Below, piece by piece: positions 28,943-38,500 of a stretch of DNA of 64,000 nucleotides. The translations under genes and the position numbers were made by a program. Position 1 is the first letter of the stretch, and every line of letters begins with the position of its first letter. The notes under the pieces were generated by a model that was not told the DNA's origin, ran no database searches, and saw only the letters and a program-made list of their open reading frames with translations. The stretch is from Lachnospiraceae bacterium (GTDB lineage Bacteria; Bacillota; Clostridia; Lachnospirales; Lachnospiraceae). The stretch covers positions 311-64,310 of the forward strand of contig JAEEIV010000032.1 of NCBI GenBank assembly GCA_016281555.1, written 5' to 3'.

Positions 28943-29491
28943 ATGAAACTCATGATCGCATCGGACCTGCACGGTTCGGAAAAATACGGTGAATTGCTGT
29001 TTGAACGCTACCGGGAGGAAGGCGCGGGAAAACTGATCCTGCTCGGAGATCTTCTGTATCACGGAGCGAGAAACGCGTTGCCCGAAGTTTATTCCACCAT
29101 CGGCCTGACGGCTTTGCTCAACGCACATAAAAAAGAGATCTTCGCCGTACGCGGCAATTGCGACAGCGAGGTGGACCAGATGGTGCTGGAGTTCCCGATC
29201 ATGGCCGATTACAACATGATGTTCATGGACGGACACCAGTGGATCCTGACGCACGGCCATCTTTTTGACGAGTATTCGATGATCGCCCACGACCCGGGCG
29301 CCGTGCTTCTGCACGGGCACACGCACGTGAAAGTCATGGACCGGTGCGGAGATTTTTACGTCATGAATCCGGGCTCCGTATCGATCCCGAAGGATGACGA
29401 GATCCATTCCTACATGGTCTACGAAGACCGCAAATTCACAATGAAAGACGTGACGGACGGTCAGGTGATCGATTTCTTCACGATCGAATAA
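28943..29491 (+). CDS. YfcE/MJ0936-family phosphodiesterase
   Basis: MKLMIASDLHGS, LLGDLLYHG, RGNCD, THGH and LLHGHTH motifs. The ATG at 28943 is preceded by GGGAGGA. The upstream extension in the track overlaps scpB. Confidence 0.85.
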   Translation: MKLMIASDLHGSEKYGELLFERYREEGAGKLILLGDLLYHGARNALPEVYSTIGLTALLNAHKKEIFAVRGNCDSEVDQMVLEFPIMADYNMMFMDGHQWILTHGHLFDEYSMIAHDPGAVLLHGHTHVKVMDRCGDFYVMNPGSVSIPKDDEIHSYMVYEDRKFTMKDVTDGQVIDFFTIE

Positions 29492-29581
29492 ACCGGCGCT
29501 CCGGGAATCCCCTCTCCCGGAGCCCGGACCCGCTTCTTACGGGGCGGATCCCATTCATTTCCGGCGTATCCGGAATCATCT

Positions 29582-31108
29582 ATGTTCGGAAAAACAGAAA
29601 CTTCGGCGATCGTCGGCATCGACGCCCGCCGGGTCACGGTAGAGGCAGATTTCGGCGACGGACTGCCTGAATTTGACATGGTCGGCTTTCTCGGGAGCGA
29701 AGTGAAGGAGGCGCGGGAGCGCGTCCGTTCCGCCCTGAAAAATGCCGGCATTTCCATTCCCCCCGGCCGTCTCACGGTCAATTTAAGTCCGGCAAACCTG
29801 AAAAAACAGGGCAATGCCTTCGATCTCGCGATTGCATTGGCGGTCCTCGCGGCCGTCGGCGTGCTTCCGCCGGCATTGCTCGAACCCTATGATTTCGTCG
29901 GAGAACTGTCGCTTGACGGACATCTTAGGCCGGTGAACGGCACGTTGCCGCACGTCCTTTCCGCGAGAGAGGCCGGGAAATCAGGAAGCGTCGTTCCGAA
30001 GGAAAACGGAAGGGAAGGCGCCGTCTTCCCGGACCACGCGGTCTATGCCTTTGACTCGCTTTCCGAGGTCATCCGCTTCGTCCTTTCTCCGGAATCCGCC
30101 GAGCGCGTTCCGACCGTGGAAGAACCGCAGGGAACACAGCATTTCGGCGTCGATTTTTCGGAGATCATCGGGCAGGAGAGCGTGAAACGGGCCTCCTCGG
30201 TGGCCTGCGCCGGAATGCACGGTTTTCTGATGATCGGTCCGCCCGGCACCGGGAAAACCCTGACCGCGAGACGGATCCCGACGATCCTGCCTCCGCTCAC
30301 GGAACGGGAGAGGATCGAATGCACGAAGATCTATTCCGTCGCCGGTCTGCTCTCGGAAACGGAGGGACTCGTCCGGGAGCGGCCGTTCCGTTCGCCGCAC
30401 CATACGATCAGTACAAACGGACTCGTCGGAGGGGGAGGCATTCCGAAACCAGGAGAAATGTCGCTTGCGCACAACGGCGTCCTGTTTCTTGATGAATTGC
30501 CGGAATTTCCGAAAAGCACGCTGGAAGTCATGCGGCAGCCGCTGGAGGACAAGCAGGTCGTGATCTCCCGGGTGCAGGGCTCCTTCGTGTTTCCGACGAG
30601 AGTCATGCTCGTCCTCGCCATGAATCCGTGTCAATGCGGCTTCTATCCGGACAGGAACAAGTGTCATTGTTCGGAAGCCGACGTCCGGCGTTATCTTTCC
30701 CGGATCTCCAAGCCGCTTCTTGACCGGGTGGACATCACGGTGGAGGTGCCGCGGATCGGAAAGGACGGGATCAGTCAGGGAAGACCGGGGAAGAGTTCTT
30801 CGGAACTCAAGGAGGCTGTCATCCGGGCGTGGGAGATCCAGAAAGAACGGTACCGACAGGAGCGCATCGTGTTCAATTCCGAACTGGAGGGCCGGAAGAT
30901 CAGGAAATACTGCGTTCTGACGAAAGAAGGCGAGGACTTTCTGAAAGAAGCGTTTGAAAAACTGGAGCTCTCGCTCAGAGCCTACGACCGGATCCTGAAG
31001 GTCGGAAGAACGATCGCGGATCTCGAAGGCGCGGAAACGATAGAACTGTCTCACGTCTCCGAAGCGGTCGCTTACCGGAGCATGGACCGGAAATTCTGGA
31101 GGTCGTGA
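29582..31108 (+). CDS. comM: YifB/ComM family Mg-chelatase-like AAA+ ATPase
   Basis: N-terminal Lon-protease-like domain (GLPEFDMVGL..RV), Walker A GPPGTGKT, HHTIS, GEMSLAHNGVLFLDELPEF and a C-terminal ChlI-like domain. Confidence 0.9.
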   Translation: MFGKTETSAIVGIDARRVTVEADFGDGLPEFDMVGFLGSEVKEARERVRSALKNAGISIPPGRLTVNLSPANLKKQGNAFDLAIALAVLAAVGVLPPALLEPYDFVGELSLDGHLRPVNGTLPHVLSAREAGKSGSVVPKENGREGAVFPDHAVYAFDSLSEVIRFVLSPESAERVPTVEEPQGTQHFGVDFSEIIGQESVKRASSVACAGMHGFLMIGPPGTGKTLTARRIPTILPPLTERERIECTKIYSVAGLLSETEGLVRERPFRSPHHTISTNGLVGGGGIPKPGEMSLAHNGVLFLDELPEFPKSTLEVMRQPLEDKQVVISRVQGSFVFPTRVMLVLAMNPCQCGFYPDRNKCHCSEADVRRYLSRISKPLLDRVDITVEVPRIGKDGISQGRPGKSSSELKEAVIRAWEIQKERYRQERIVFNSELEGRKIRKYCVLTKEGEDFLKEAFEKLELSLRAYDRILKVGRTIADLEGAETIELSHVSEAVAYRSMDRKFWRS

Positions 31109-32199
31109 TGACAGAGAGACTCTATTATCTTTATCTCGCCTGCCTCAATACCGTATATGCGGTGAGTACGCTCAGGAGGGCGGCGGAACTGGCCGGAGGA
31201 CCCGAGGCTCTGTTCGAGGAATACGACGAGAATACGTCGGCGATCCTCGGGATGAGGCCGACGGAAGAGGGGATCCGCAGGATCCGGGATTGCAGGAACG
31301 AGACGTTTCTTGAGAAAACGGAGAAAGCGGCGAAAGAGCGGGGGATCCGCTTTGTCACGGAATCGGAAGCAGAGTATCCGGAACGGCTGAATGATTTGAA
31401 AGAACGTCCTTTTGCTTTGTTTTACCGCGGCTCACTGCCGGACGGGAAAAAGCCGGCCGTGGCGCTCATCGGATCCCGGCGGTGTTCTCCCTACGGCAGG
31501 GAAACGGCGGAACGGTTCGGGGAAGCCTTCGCCCGGGCTGGGCTGAACGTGATCTCCGGAATGGCGTTCGGCGTGGACGGACATGCGGGACGCGGCGCCG
31601 TTACGGTTCCGAACGCATCCTTCGCCGTTCTTGGATCCGGTCCGGACATCTGCTATCCGAGAGAGAATCTCGATCTGTACGAAGCGCTGAAACGGAGCGG
31701 GGGCATTCTTTCCGAACGTCCTCCCGGATACTATGCGAAGTCCTACGACTTTCCGATCCGGAACCGTCTGATCAGCGGGCTTTCGGACGCGGTGGCGGTC
31801 GTCGAGGCCGCGGAGAATTCCGGCTCGCTCATTACCGTGAATTACGCACTCGAGCAGAACCGGACCGTGTTCGCATTGCCGGGACGGATCACGGACCGTC
31901 AGGCGTCAGGGACGAACCGCCTTCTTCGGGAAGGCGCGGAGATCCTGACCTGCCCGGAAGACCTGATCCAGGCACTCGGTGTCACTGTCAAAAGCGACAC
32001 GGTCTACCGGAAGAAACCGCAGCTTTCCGGGGCAGAAGAGACGGTGGCATCGGCAGTGAAGGAACGCGCGCTTTCCGTGGACGGCGTCCTGGAAGCAACG
32101 GGGATCCCGGTGCCGCTTTTATTGGAAACGCTGGTAAAGCTGGAGGTCAAAGGAGTGATCCGGAAGTCGGCGGACGGTCTGTATTATTCCGAGTTGTGA
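31105..32199 (+). CDS. dprA: DNA-processing protein DprA (Smf)
   Basis: ALIGSRRCSPYG, SGMAFGVDGHAGRGA and VVEAAENSGSLITVNYALEQNRTVFALPG are DprA Rossmann-domain signatures. ATGA overlap with comM. Confidence 0.9.
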   Translation: MMTERLYYLYLACLNTVYAVSTLRRAAELAGGPEALFEEYDENTSAILGMRPTEEGIRRIRDCRNETFLEKTEKAAKERGIRFVTESEAEYPERLNDLKERPFALFYRGSLPDGKKPAVALIGSRRCSPYGRETAERFGEAFARAGLNVISGMAFGVDGHAGRGAVTVPNASFAVLGSGPDICYPRENLDLYEALKRSGGILSERPPGYYAKSYDFPIRNRLISGLSDAVAVVEAAENSGSLITVNYALEQNRTVFALPGRITDRQASGTNRLLREGAEILTCPEDLIQALGVTVKSDTVYRKKPQLSGAEETVASAVKERALSVDGVLEATGIPVPLLLETLVKLEVKGVIRKSADGLYYSEL

Positions 32200-32283
32200 A
32201 CGAAGATCATTCGGGTCTGTGCCTTTTTCACAAAAACAGGTTGGAATACGATAAATTCAATGGTCATTCTTCCAAATTTGTTG

Positions 32284-32312
32284 TTGAAAACGGCTGAAAA
32301 AAATGCTACTAT
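32284..32312 (+). promoter_or_regulatory. Candidate sigma-A promoter with an extended -10
   Basis: TTGAAA (32284-32289), 17-nt spacer, TGcTACTAT (-10 at 32307-32312), about 60 nt upstream of the ATG at 32374. Confidence 0.55.
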
Positions 32313-32373
32313 TTAGCATAGGAATATATAGAGGGGATTGCTGTGCCCTGATCTGAATAAGGAGAAATCGGCA

Positions 32374-33933
32374 ATGAGGAAAGTTTATCCACTTTTATTG
32401 GCTGTGTTTTTGCTCATGACGGCGCTTCTTTCCGCATGTAACGGCGGCGAAACGAAGGCACCCGAAGATCCTTCTCAAAACGGGACGGAAGCTACGCCCG
32501 GAACGGGCAGCGAAAATGAATCGGAACCGGAAAGCGTTCCGGTATCGTCGGGCGCATTCCAGGTCGGCTATGCGAGAGAGAACATCACGCCGGACGCGAC
32601 CGAAGGACTTCCGCTCGCCGGCTACGGAAACACGGACAAGCGTTTGTCCACCGGTTTCCTGGATTACATCTACATGACCTGCATCGCATTTCAGGATGAA
32701 GAGGGCAACCGCCTCGTATGGTTCACTCAGGACCTCATCACTTCGAACGGAACCGTCGTGGCGAAGATGAAGGAGATGGTCTCCGAGGCGACGGGGATCG
32801 ACATTGACCACATCCTGGTGACCGCGACGCATACCCATTCGAACGTCGACCAGGGACAGACGAAATTCAACAGCGTAAACAAATACATCAGCTTCATTCA
32901 GGAGGCCGGCGTGAAGGCGGCGCTCGCGGCGCTGGATGACCTTCATCCCGCTTCGTTCAACTGGAGCACGGCGGATCTGACCGGCTACAATTTCGTCCGG
33001 CATTATTTCACCGACGTGGAAGGGGATCCGTCGGTCGGCGACAACCACGGCGCGCTCGCGGAAGGCAAAGTCGTCCGGCATACCACGGAAGCCAATCACA
33101 TCATGTACATCCTTGAAATCGACCGGGAAGACGCGAAAGACATTCTGCTGACGACATGGAGAGCGCATCCGACCATTACGGGCGGACTCACGAAGGGCGA
33201 GATCTCTGCGGATTTCGTCGGATACGTCCGGAACGAGATCGAAAAGAAGACGGAGTATCTCTTCGCCTATTATCAGGGTGATGCCGGAAACATGAACCCG
33301 CGGACGAGACTCAGCGCGGACGTGGAATTCAATCCCCCGAAGGACGTTAAGGAATACGGCAAACAGGTTTCGGAACTCATTCTCAAAGGACTGGAGGAGA
33401 ACGGGCTCACGCCGATCAAGACCGGTACGATCTCGACGATCAACACGACGTTTACCGGAGAAATCAATCACGACTGGGATTCGCTGGCCGGAATCGGGCA
33501 GGAACTCAGGGACTACTGGAACCAGACGAGCGATTATCAGCACGTCTATAAGGAAGGCGCGAAGTATAAGATCATCGACAGTCTCGGACACGAGCAGTAC
33601 ATCCAGAGCCCGTATCATGCGGGCGCCATCGCATCCCGCGCAGGCATGGGAAAGACTTCCGACGTCGAGATCCACGCGACGAGGATCGGCGATTTCGCGT
33701 TCATCAACGCGCCGTTTGAACTTTTTGACACGAACGGAGATTTCGTCCGCGAGAATTCGCCGTCGCCGTATACCATGGTGATCGGTTATTCGAACAACGG
33801 GAACGGATACCTGCCTTCCCAGTTTGCGTACGAGTATGATTGCTACGAGTCGAATACGACGAGATTCAAGCCCGGTACCGGCGAGCTTCTGGCATCCAAG
33901 TTTGTGGAATTGTTAAACGAATTGTACAAATAA
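32374..33933 (+). CDS. Neutral/alkaline-ceramidase-like lipoprotein (function unknown)
   Basis: The internal start gives MRKVYPLLLAVFLLMTALLSAC (lipobox) and then a Ser/Glu/Pro linker. GYARENITPD..PLAGYGN and ATHTHSN resemble the ceramidase_alk N-terminal domain zinc motifs. Confidence 0.6.
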   Translation: MRKVYPLLLAVFLLMTALLSACNGGETKAPEDPSQNGTEATPGTGSENESEPESVPVSSGAFQVGYARENITPDATEGLPLAGYGNTDKRLSTGFLDYIYMTCIAFQDEEGNRLVWFTQDLITSNGTVVAKMKEMVSEATGIDIDHILVTATHTHSNVDQGQTKFNSVNKYISFIQEAGVKAALAALDDLHPASFNWSTADLTGYNFVRHYFTDVEGDPSVGDNHGALAEGKVVRHTTEANHIMYILEIDREDAKDILLTTWRAHPTITGGLTKGEISADFVGYVRNEIEKKTEYLFAYYQGDAGNMNPRTRLSADVEFNPPKDVKEYGKQVSELILKGLEENGLTPIKTGTISTINTTFTGEINHDWDSLAGIGQELRDYWNQTSDYQHVYKEGAKYKIIDSLGHEQYIQSPYHAGAIASRAGMGKTSDVEIHATRIGDFAFINAPFELFDTNGDFVRENSPSPYTMVIGYSNNGNGYLPSQFAYEYDCYESNTTRFKPGTGELLASKFVELLNELYK

Positions 33934-33939
33934 GCAGCG

Positions 33940-33978
33940 ACCGTTTCCGGCCGGCATGAGCCGGGCGGAAACGGTTTT
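33940..33978 (+). terminator. Intrinsic terminator
   Basis: ACCGTTTCCG..(GCCGGCATGAGCCGGG)..CGGAAACGGT followed by TTTT: a perfect 10-bp outer stem. Confidence 0.75.
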
Positions 33979-34011
33979 CGCTATATCATCAGTCATTCAG
34001 GAGAGAACGAA

Positions 34012-35508
34012 ATGAAAATCGGTTGGGGAAGAAGAGAGTATTCAATGAACGTGCCGGTCAACATCTGCGGCCAGATGTACATGCGCGTCTGTGAAGGCAT
34101 TCTGGATCCGCTTTACATGACGGCAATGGTCGTCGAAGGAGAGGAGACGGTGGTCTTCGTGTCGATCGATCTCGTGGCGCCGAACGGCGAACTCCATCAG
34201 GGGATCATTGACAAGGTGCGGGAAAAGTATCCTGAGATCCCGGAAACAAACTTTATTTTCAACGTCACGCATACTCATACGTCGATGCAGCTCTGGCCGG
34301 GCGCCGAGAAGACCCCGGACGGAAAGGAACTCTATCCGCCGGTCAAGGCGAGAGAGCACGCGATCGAAAAGGGCGCGGAAGCCGTCATCGAGGCGTATGA
34401 GAACCGGAAGGAAGCAGGCATCGCTTACGGATACGGGTACGCGGTCGTCGCGCATTCCCGCCGCGTCTTATATTATGAAGATATGGGAGTCGCGAATCCG
34501 GCGAGCGCAGCGCCGAACGGTCATGCGATCATGTATGGAAACACGAACCGCCCGCAGTTCGAGGGATATGAAGCAGGCGCGGATCATTTCGTGAACCTGA
34601 TGTATACATTCGACGAGCATGACAAACTGACCGGCATCGTTGTGAACGTGCCCTGTCCGAGCCAGACTTCCGAGCACCTGAAGGTCCTTTCGGCGGACTA
34701 CTGGGCGCAGGTCCGGGAACTCATCGCGAAGGAATTCGGACCGGACGTCTATGTGCTTCCGCAGTGTGCGGCTGCCGGAGACCTTTCTCCGAGGATCCTG
34801 CATTACAAGGGCGCGCAGCAGCGCAGAATGCATTTGAAATACGGTCTGGATTATGACTGGACGATCCCGACGCTTGACGACGTGGACAATTTTGCGAGAA
34901 AAGCCATGGCGGAGCGGAAGGACATCGCGGAGCGGATCACCGCCGCAGTCAAGGAAGTGTACGCGTGGGCGTCCAAGGACATTCAGAGAGATCTGCCTGT
35001 CCGTCATATTAAAGTGGATATGCCGGTCACCCGCCGCTACGTTTCGGACGAAGAGGCGGAATGGTGCAGGGAGAACATCAAGTATCTTGAGGCGAACCTG
35101 CCGGATCCCGCGACCTGCTCTGCGGAAGAGTATCGCGTGAAGCGGTCCACCTTTGATTCGTACGCAGCGAGGAACCGCCGCGCGATCGCGAGAAATGAAA
35201 ACGAGACGGAAGGCGAGAAGGTCGAGACCGTCGTGCACGTGACCAGGATCGGCGACATTGCGTTTGCGACGAACCGCTTCGAACTGTACATGGATTACAT
35301 GCATCAGATCCAGGCGAGAAGCCCGTTCATCCAGACGTTTGTCATCCAGATGTGCGGCGAGGGCGCCGGCGGGTATCTCCCGACGGAGCGCGGCAAGGAG
35401 AACAAGGGATATTCCGCATCGATCTTCTGCAATACGGTCGGACCGGAAGGCGGAAGAGACCTCGTGGAAGGAACGTTGGAATTATTGAATCAGCTTGCTG
35501 AGAAATAA
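34012..35508 (+). CDS. Neutral/alkaline-ceramidase-like protein, cytoplasmic paralogue (no signal peptide)
   Basis: KIGWGRREYSMNVPVNICGQMY, LYMTAMVVEG and NVTHTHTS show the same architecture as the 32374 gene. A C-terminal YSASIF..GPEGG region is present. Confidence 0.55.
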   Translation: MKIGWGRREYSMNVPVNICGQMYMRVCEGILDPLYMTAMVVEGEETVVFVSIDLVAPNGELHQGIIDKVREKYPEIPETNFIFNVTHTHTSMQLWPGAEKTPDGKELYPPVKAREHAIEKGAEAVIEAYENRKEAGIAYGYGYAVVAHSRRVLYYEDMGVANPASAAPNGHAIMYGNTNRPQFEGYEAGADHFVNLMYTFDEHDKLTGIVVNVPCPSQTSEHLKVLSADYWAQVRELIAKEFGPDVYVLPQCAAAGDLSPRILHYKGAQQRRMHLKYGLDYDWTIPTLDDVDNFARKAMAERKDIAERITAAVKEVYAWASKDIQRDLPVRHIKVDMPVTRRYVSDEEAEWCRENIKYLEANLPDPATCSAEEYRVKRSTFDSYAARNRRAIARNENETEGEKVETVVHVTRIGDIAFATNRFELYMDYMHQIQARSPFIQTFVIQMCGEGAGGYLPTERGKENKGYSASIFCNTVGPEGGRDLVEGTLELLNQLAEK

Positions 35509-35593
35509 TACGGTAAACAAGAAAACAGTCTAAACGAAATGCAGGCGGAATGATCCGAAAGGAATCGTTCCGGTCAAACGAAGGGAGACAAGC

Positions 35594-38500
35594 ATGAACG
35601 AGGACAAAAAGAAAAAGAAGAAAGGGTTGATCATCGGCATCATCATCGGTGCCGTGGCCCTCGCCGGACTCGGCGTCGGGGCAGCTCTCCTGTTCGGCGG
35701 AAAAGGCGGGCAGGGAGAACCGACGGCAGCGCCGACGGAAAACGTTGAGGATCCATCTGTCGATGCATCCGAGACCGAACCGGAACCGGTGCCTCCGGAA
35801 GGAAGTCTGATCGATCAGCTCTTCTGGAACGTCGAGAAGAACATCTATGCCGGTCAGACGGAAATCGGCACCTCTTCGAGAACGCCGGACAAGGACGACG
35901 GCTACTATCACATTTCGTTCGCGGTGAACGGACGAACCGTGGAGCGTCGTGTCGCGGACAAGAAGATCGTGAACCAGATCGACGGTCTGGACCTCATGGG
36001 TCTCGTCTTTGACGATAAGAACATCGTCATCGGCGTCCGCAGGATCGAGGAATTCACCGGCGGTTTTGCACACAAGGGATTCTACGTGGACCATATCGAA
36101 GAAGACGGAACGATCGTTCTGAATTCCTCCGCTTCCCTGAACGGTATGGAATTCGAACTCGTGGTCCCCGATGACGCGAAGATCTTCGACGTTTCCGGAA
36201 ACGTGAATCCGATCGGTTTCGTTCTGAAACCGTCCGATCTCCATCAGGGCGACCGGGTGTATACGGTTCAGGACTACGACGGAAACATCATTGCCGCGTA
36301 CGTGACCGAGAGATACGTGAAGAACAAGGTCTTCTGGAACATCGAACGGATGTGGGACGATGCAATCGCGTCGACGAAACGTCTTCCGGACGTGGACGGC
36401 GTCTATACGTTCCTGATGGCCTGCGAAGGCGAACAGGTCACAGTCAAGACGAAGTCTCTTGCAGTCGCGAACAAGATCGACCAGCAGGCGGCGAAGGTCG
36501 TCAGCCTGAAGTTCGATAAGGACGGCTATGCGACAGAATATCTCAGCGCTTACCCCGGAGGTTCGTTCGGTTCGTGGTATCACGTCACCGAACTGAACGG
36601 CAAGAAGATCGTGGCGCATAAGTTCATTGCGGCCGCCGATACCGGCACGACGCAGGAAGGCACGCTCGCGGACGACTATGAATGCTACGACGTTTCGGGT
36701 GTCGGCGAATTCGTCGGCGTCAAATATCAGCTGAAGGAGTGGGACAAGGTCCACTGCGTGAAGAACGCGAAGGGCGAGGTCTCCATCGTCTTCGTCGTCG
36801 GCCGTACCGATGATCAGGCTCAGATCTACTGGAATATGAAGCGTGAGACGAACTCTCAGCGCGAGACGACGAAAACCCCGGATGCGAACGGTTATTACTG
36901 GTTCGAACTGGCCAGTAACGGCTCCGTGAAACGGTATAAGACCAATGACAAGAAACTGGCGGATGCCCTTGATTATGAGCCCGCGCGTGTCTACGCCCTT
37001 CGGGTGGAAGGCGACACGATCGTGAAGAAGCTGGGAACCGACGCCGTGACCGGCGGCGGCTCGACCGCATCCTGGTTCACGGTCATTGAGAAGAAGAATG
37101 CGAAGGAATACGTGACGAAGAAGATCATTCAGGCGTCGGATACCGGTAAGGTCACGCCGATCACCCTGTCCGACGACGTGAAGATCTACAACGTCTCTGA
37201 TAACAAAATGTACGACGATCACGCCGGCGAGCTTTTAAAGCAGCTGAACATCGGCGACCGGGTGCACTGCCTGACGAACGTGGCGGGCGAAGTCTCTTAC
37301 GTCATGCTGGTCAACCGTGCGATGGGCGGCGAGATCTACTGGAACCTGTCCAGAAAGTATGACTCGAAGAATAAAGTGACTACCCGGAAACCGGATGCGG
37401 ACGGCTGGTACGTCTTCCAGATGGCGACCGGCGGAAAGCAGGTCACGTTAAAGACGAAGAGCAAGGATCTCGCAACGGAGGTCGATTCGTACATTGCGAA
37501 CTGCATGTGCCTCGACGTGGCGGGCGACGTCATCGTCAGAGCCGGCTCCACGACCTCGAAGCTGAAGACTTCGGGCGGTACGACGGCGTCCTGGTTCGAC
37601 GTCCTGTCCATCTCCGGAAATCAGTTCCACGCCGAGAAACTCATCGAGGCGACAGATACCGGGCAAAAGAGAGACGTTCCGATCGCGGCGGACGTGGAAG
37701 TCTACAACGTCGGTGCGGAATACACGGTCAAGGGTGAAAAGACTGACCTGAGAGTCGGCGACCGTGTGCACGTGCTCCTGAACGGCGACAAGCAGGCCTC
37801 GATCATCTTCGTCGTGAACCGGCCCGGACGGAAGATGTCCGGCACCTGTCCGGAATGCGGCAAGACCGTGACGTGGGTCTCCTTCAACGGTTCTTACGCA
37901 AGCTCCGGCGAAGTGAAGGCGACGGAGAGCTTTAATGGAAACGACGTGGAGTGCCAGGTGCTCCATTACTTCCTTGACGGCGACCGGAACCTGAACGGCC
38001 AGTCGCAATCCCTGAAGAACACGATCGTTCACTTCAACATGAACGGTCATACGCTGATGTCTGCGGAAGACAACCGCGGTCTGACGCTGTTTAGTGAGTA
38101 TTCGGTCCTGAAGATCTTCGACCTGTCCGACAAGAAGGGCGGCGTGATCAAGTCTCAGAACGGCAAGGGCATGGGCGCGGACACCGGCGCAACCGAGATC
38201 GGCGGCGTGCTCTGGCTCCGCTACGGTACGAACAAACTGTATATTAAGGATACGACGCTTGACTTCAGCCTGATGGATCAGGGCATGACGAACGGCGCGA
38301 TCTATGCACCGGCGGACTCGATCGTTGAACTCGAGAACGTGACGATCAAGGGCGCGAAGAACGCATTGACCGGCGCGGCGATCTATTCAAACGGCAATCT
38401 GACGTTGAAGAACGTGACGATCACCGGCGGCGTAAGCGGTTCCGGCGGATCGGTCTACGTGAACACCGGTACGTTCACGATCGACGGCAATACGTCCGTG

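Noticed and set aside
29498-29523. 9-bp hairpin (GCTCCGGGA..TCCCGGAGC) after the yfcE-like gene as a terminator
   Set aside because: No T-tract follows the stem, so I do not call it an intrinsic terminator.
35606-35623. A-rich Lys6 tract at the giant-gene 5' end as a phase-variation or slippage site
   Set aside because: The sequence is AAA AAG AAA AAG AAG AAA, with A-runs of at most 5. It is not a long homopolymer, and the frame continues intact.
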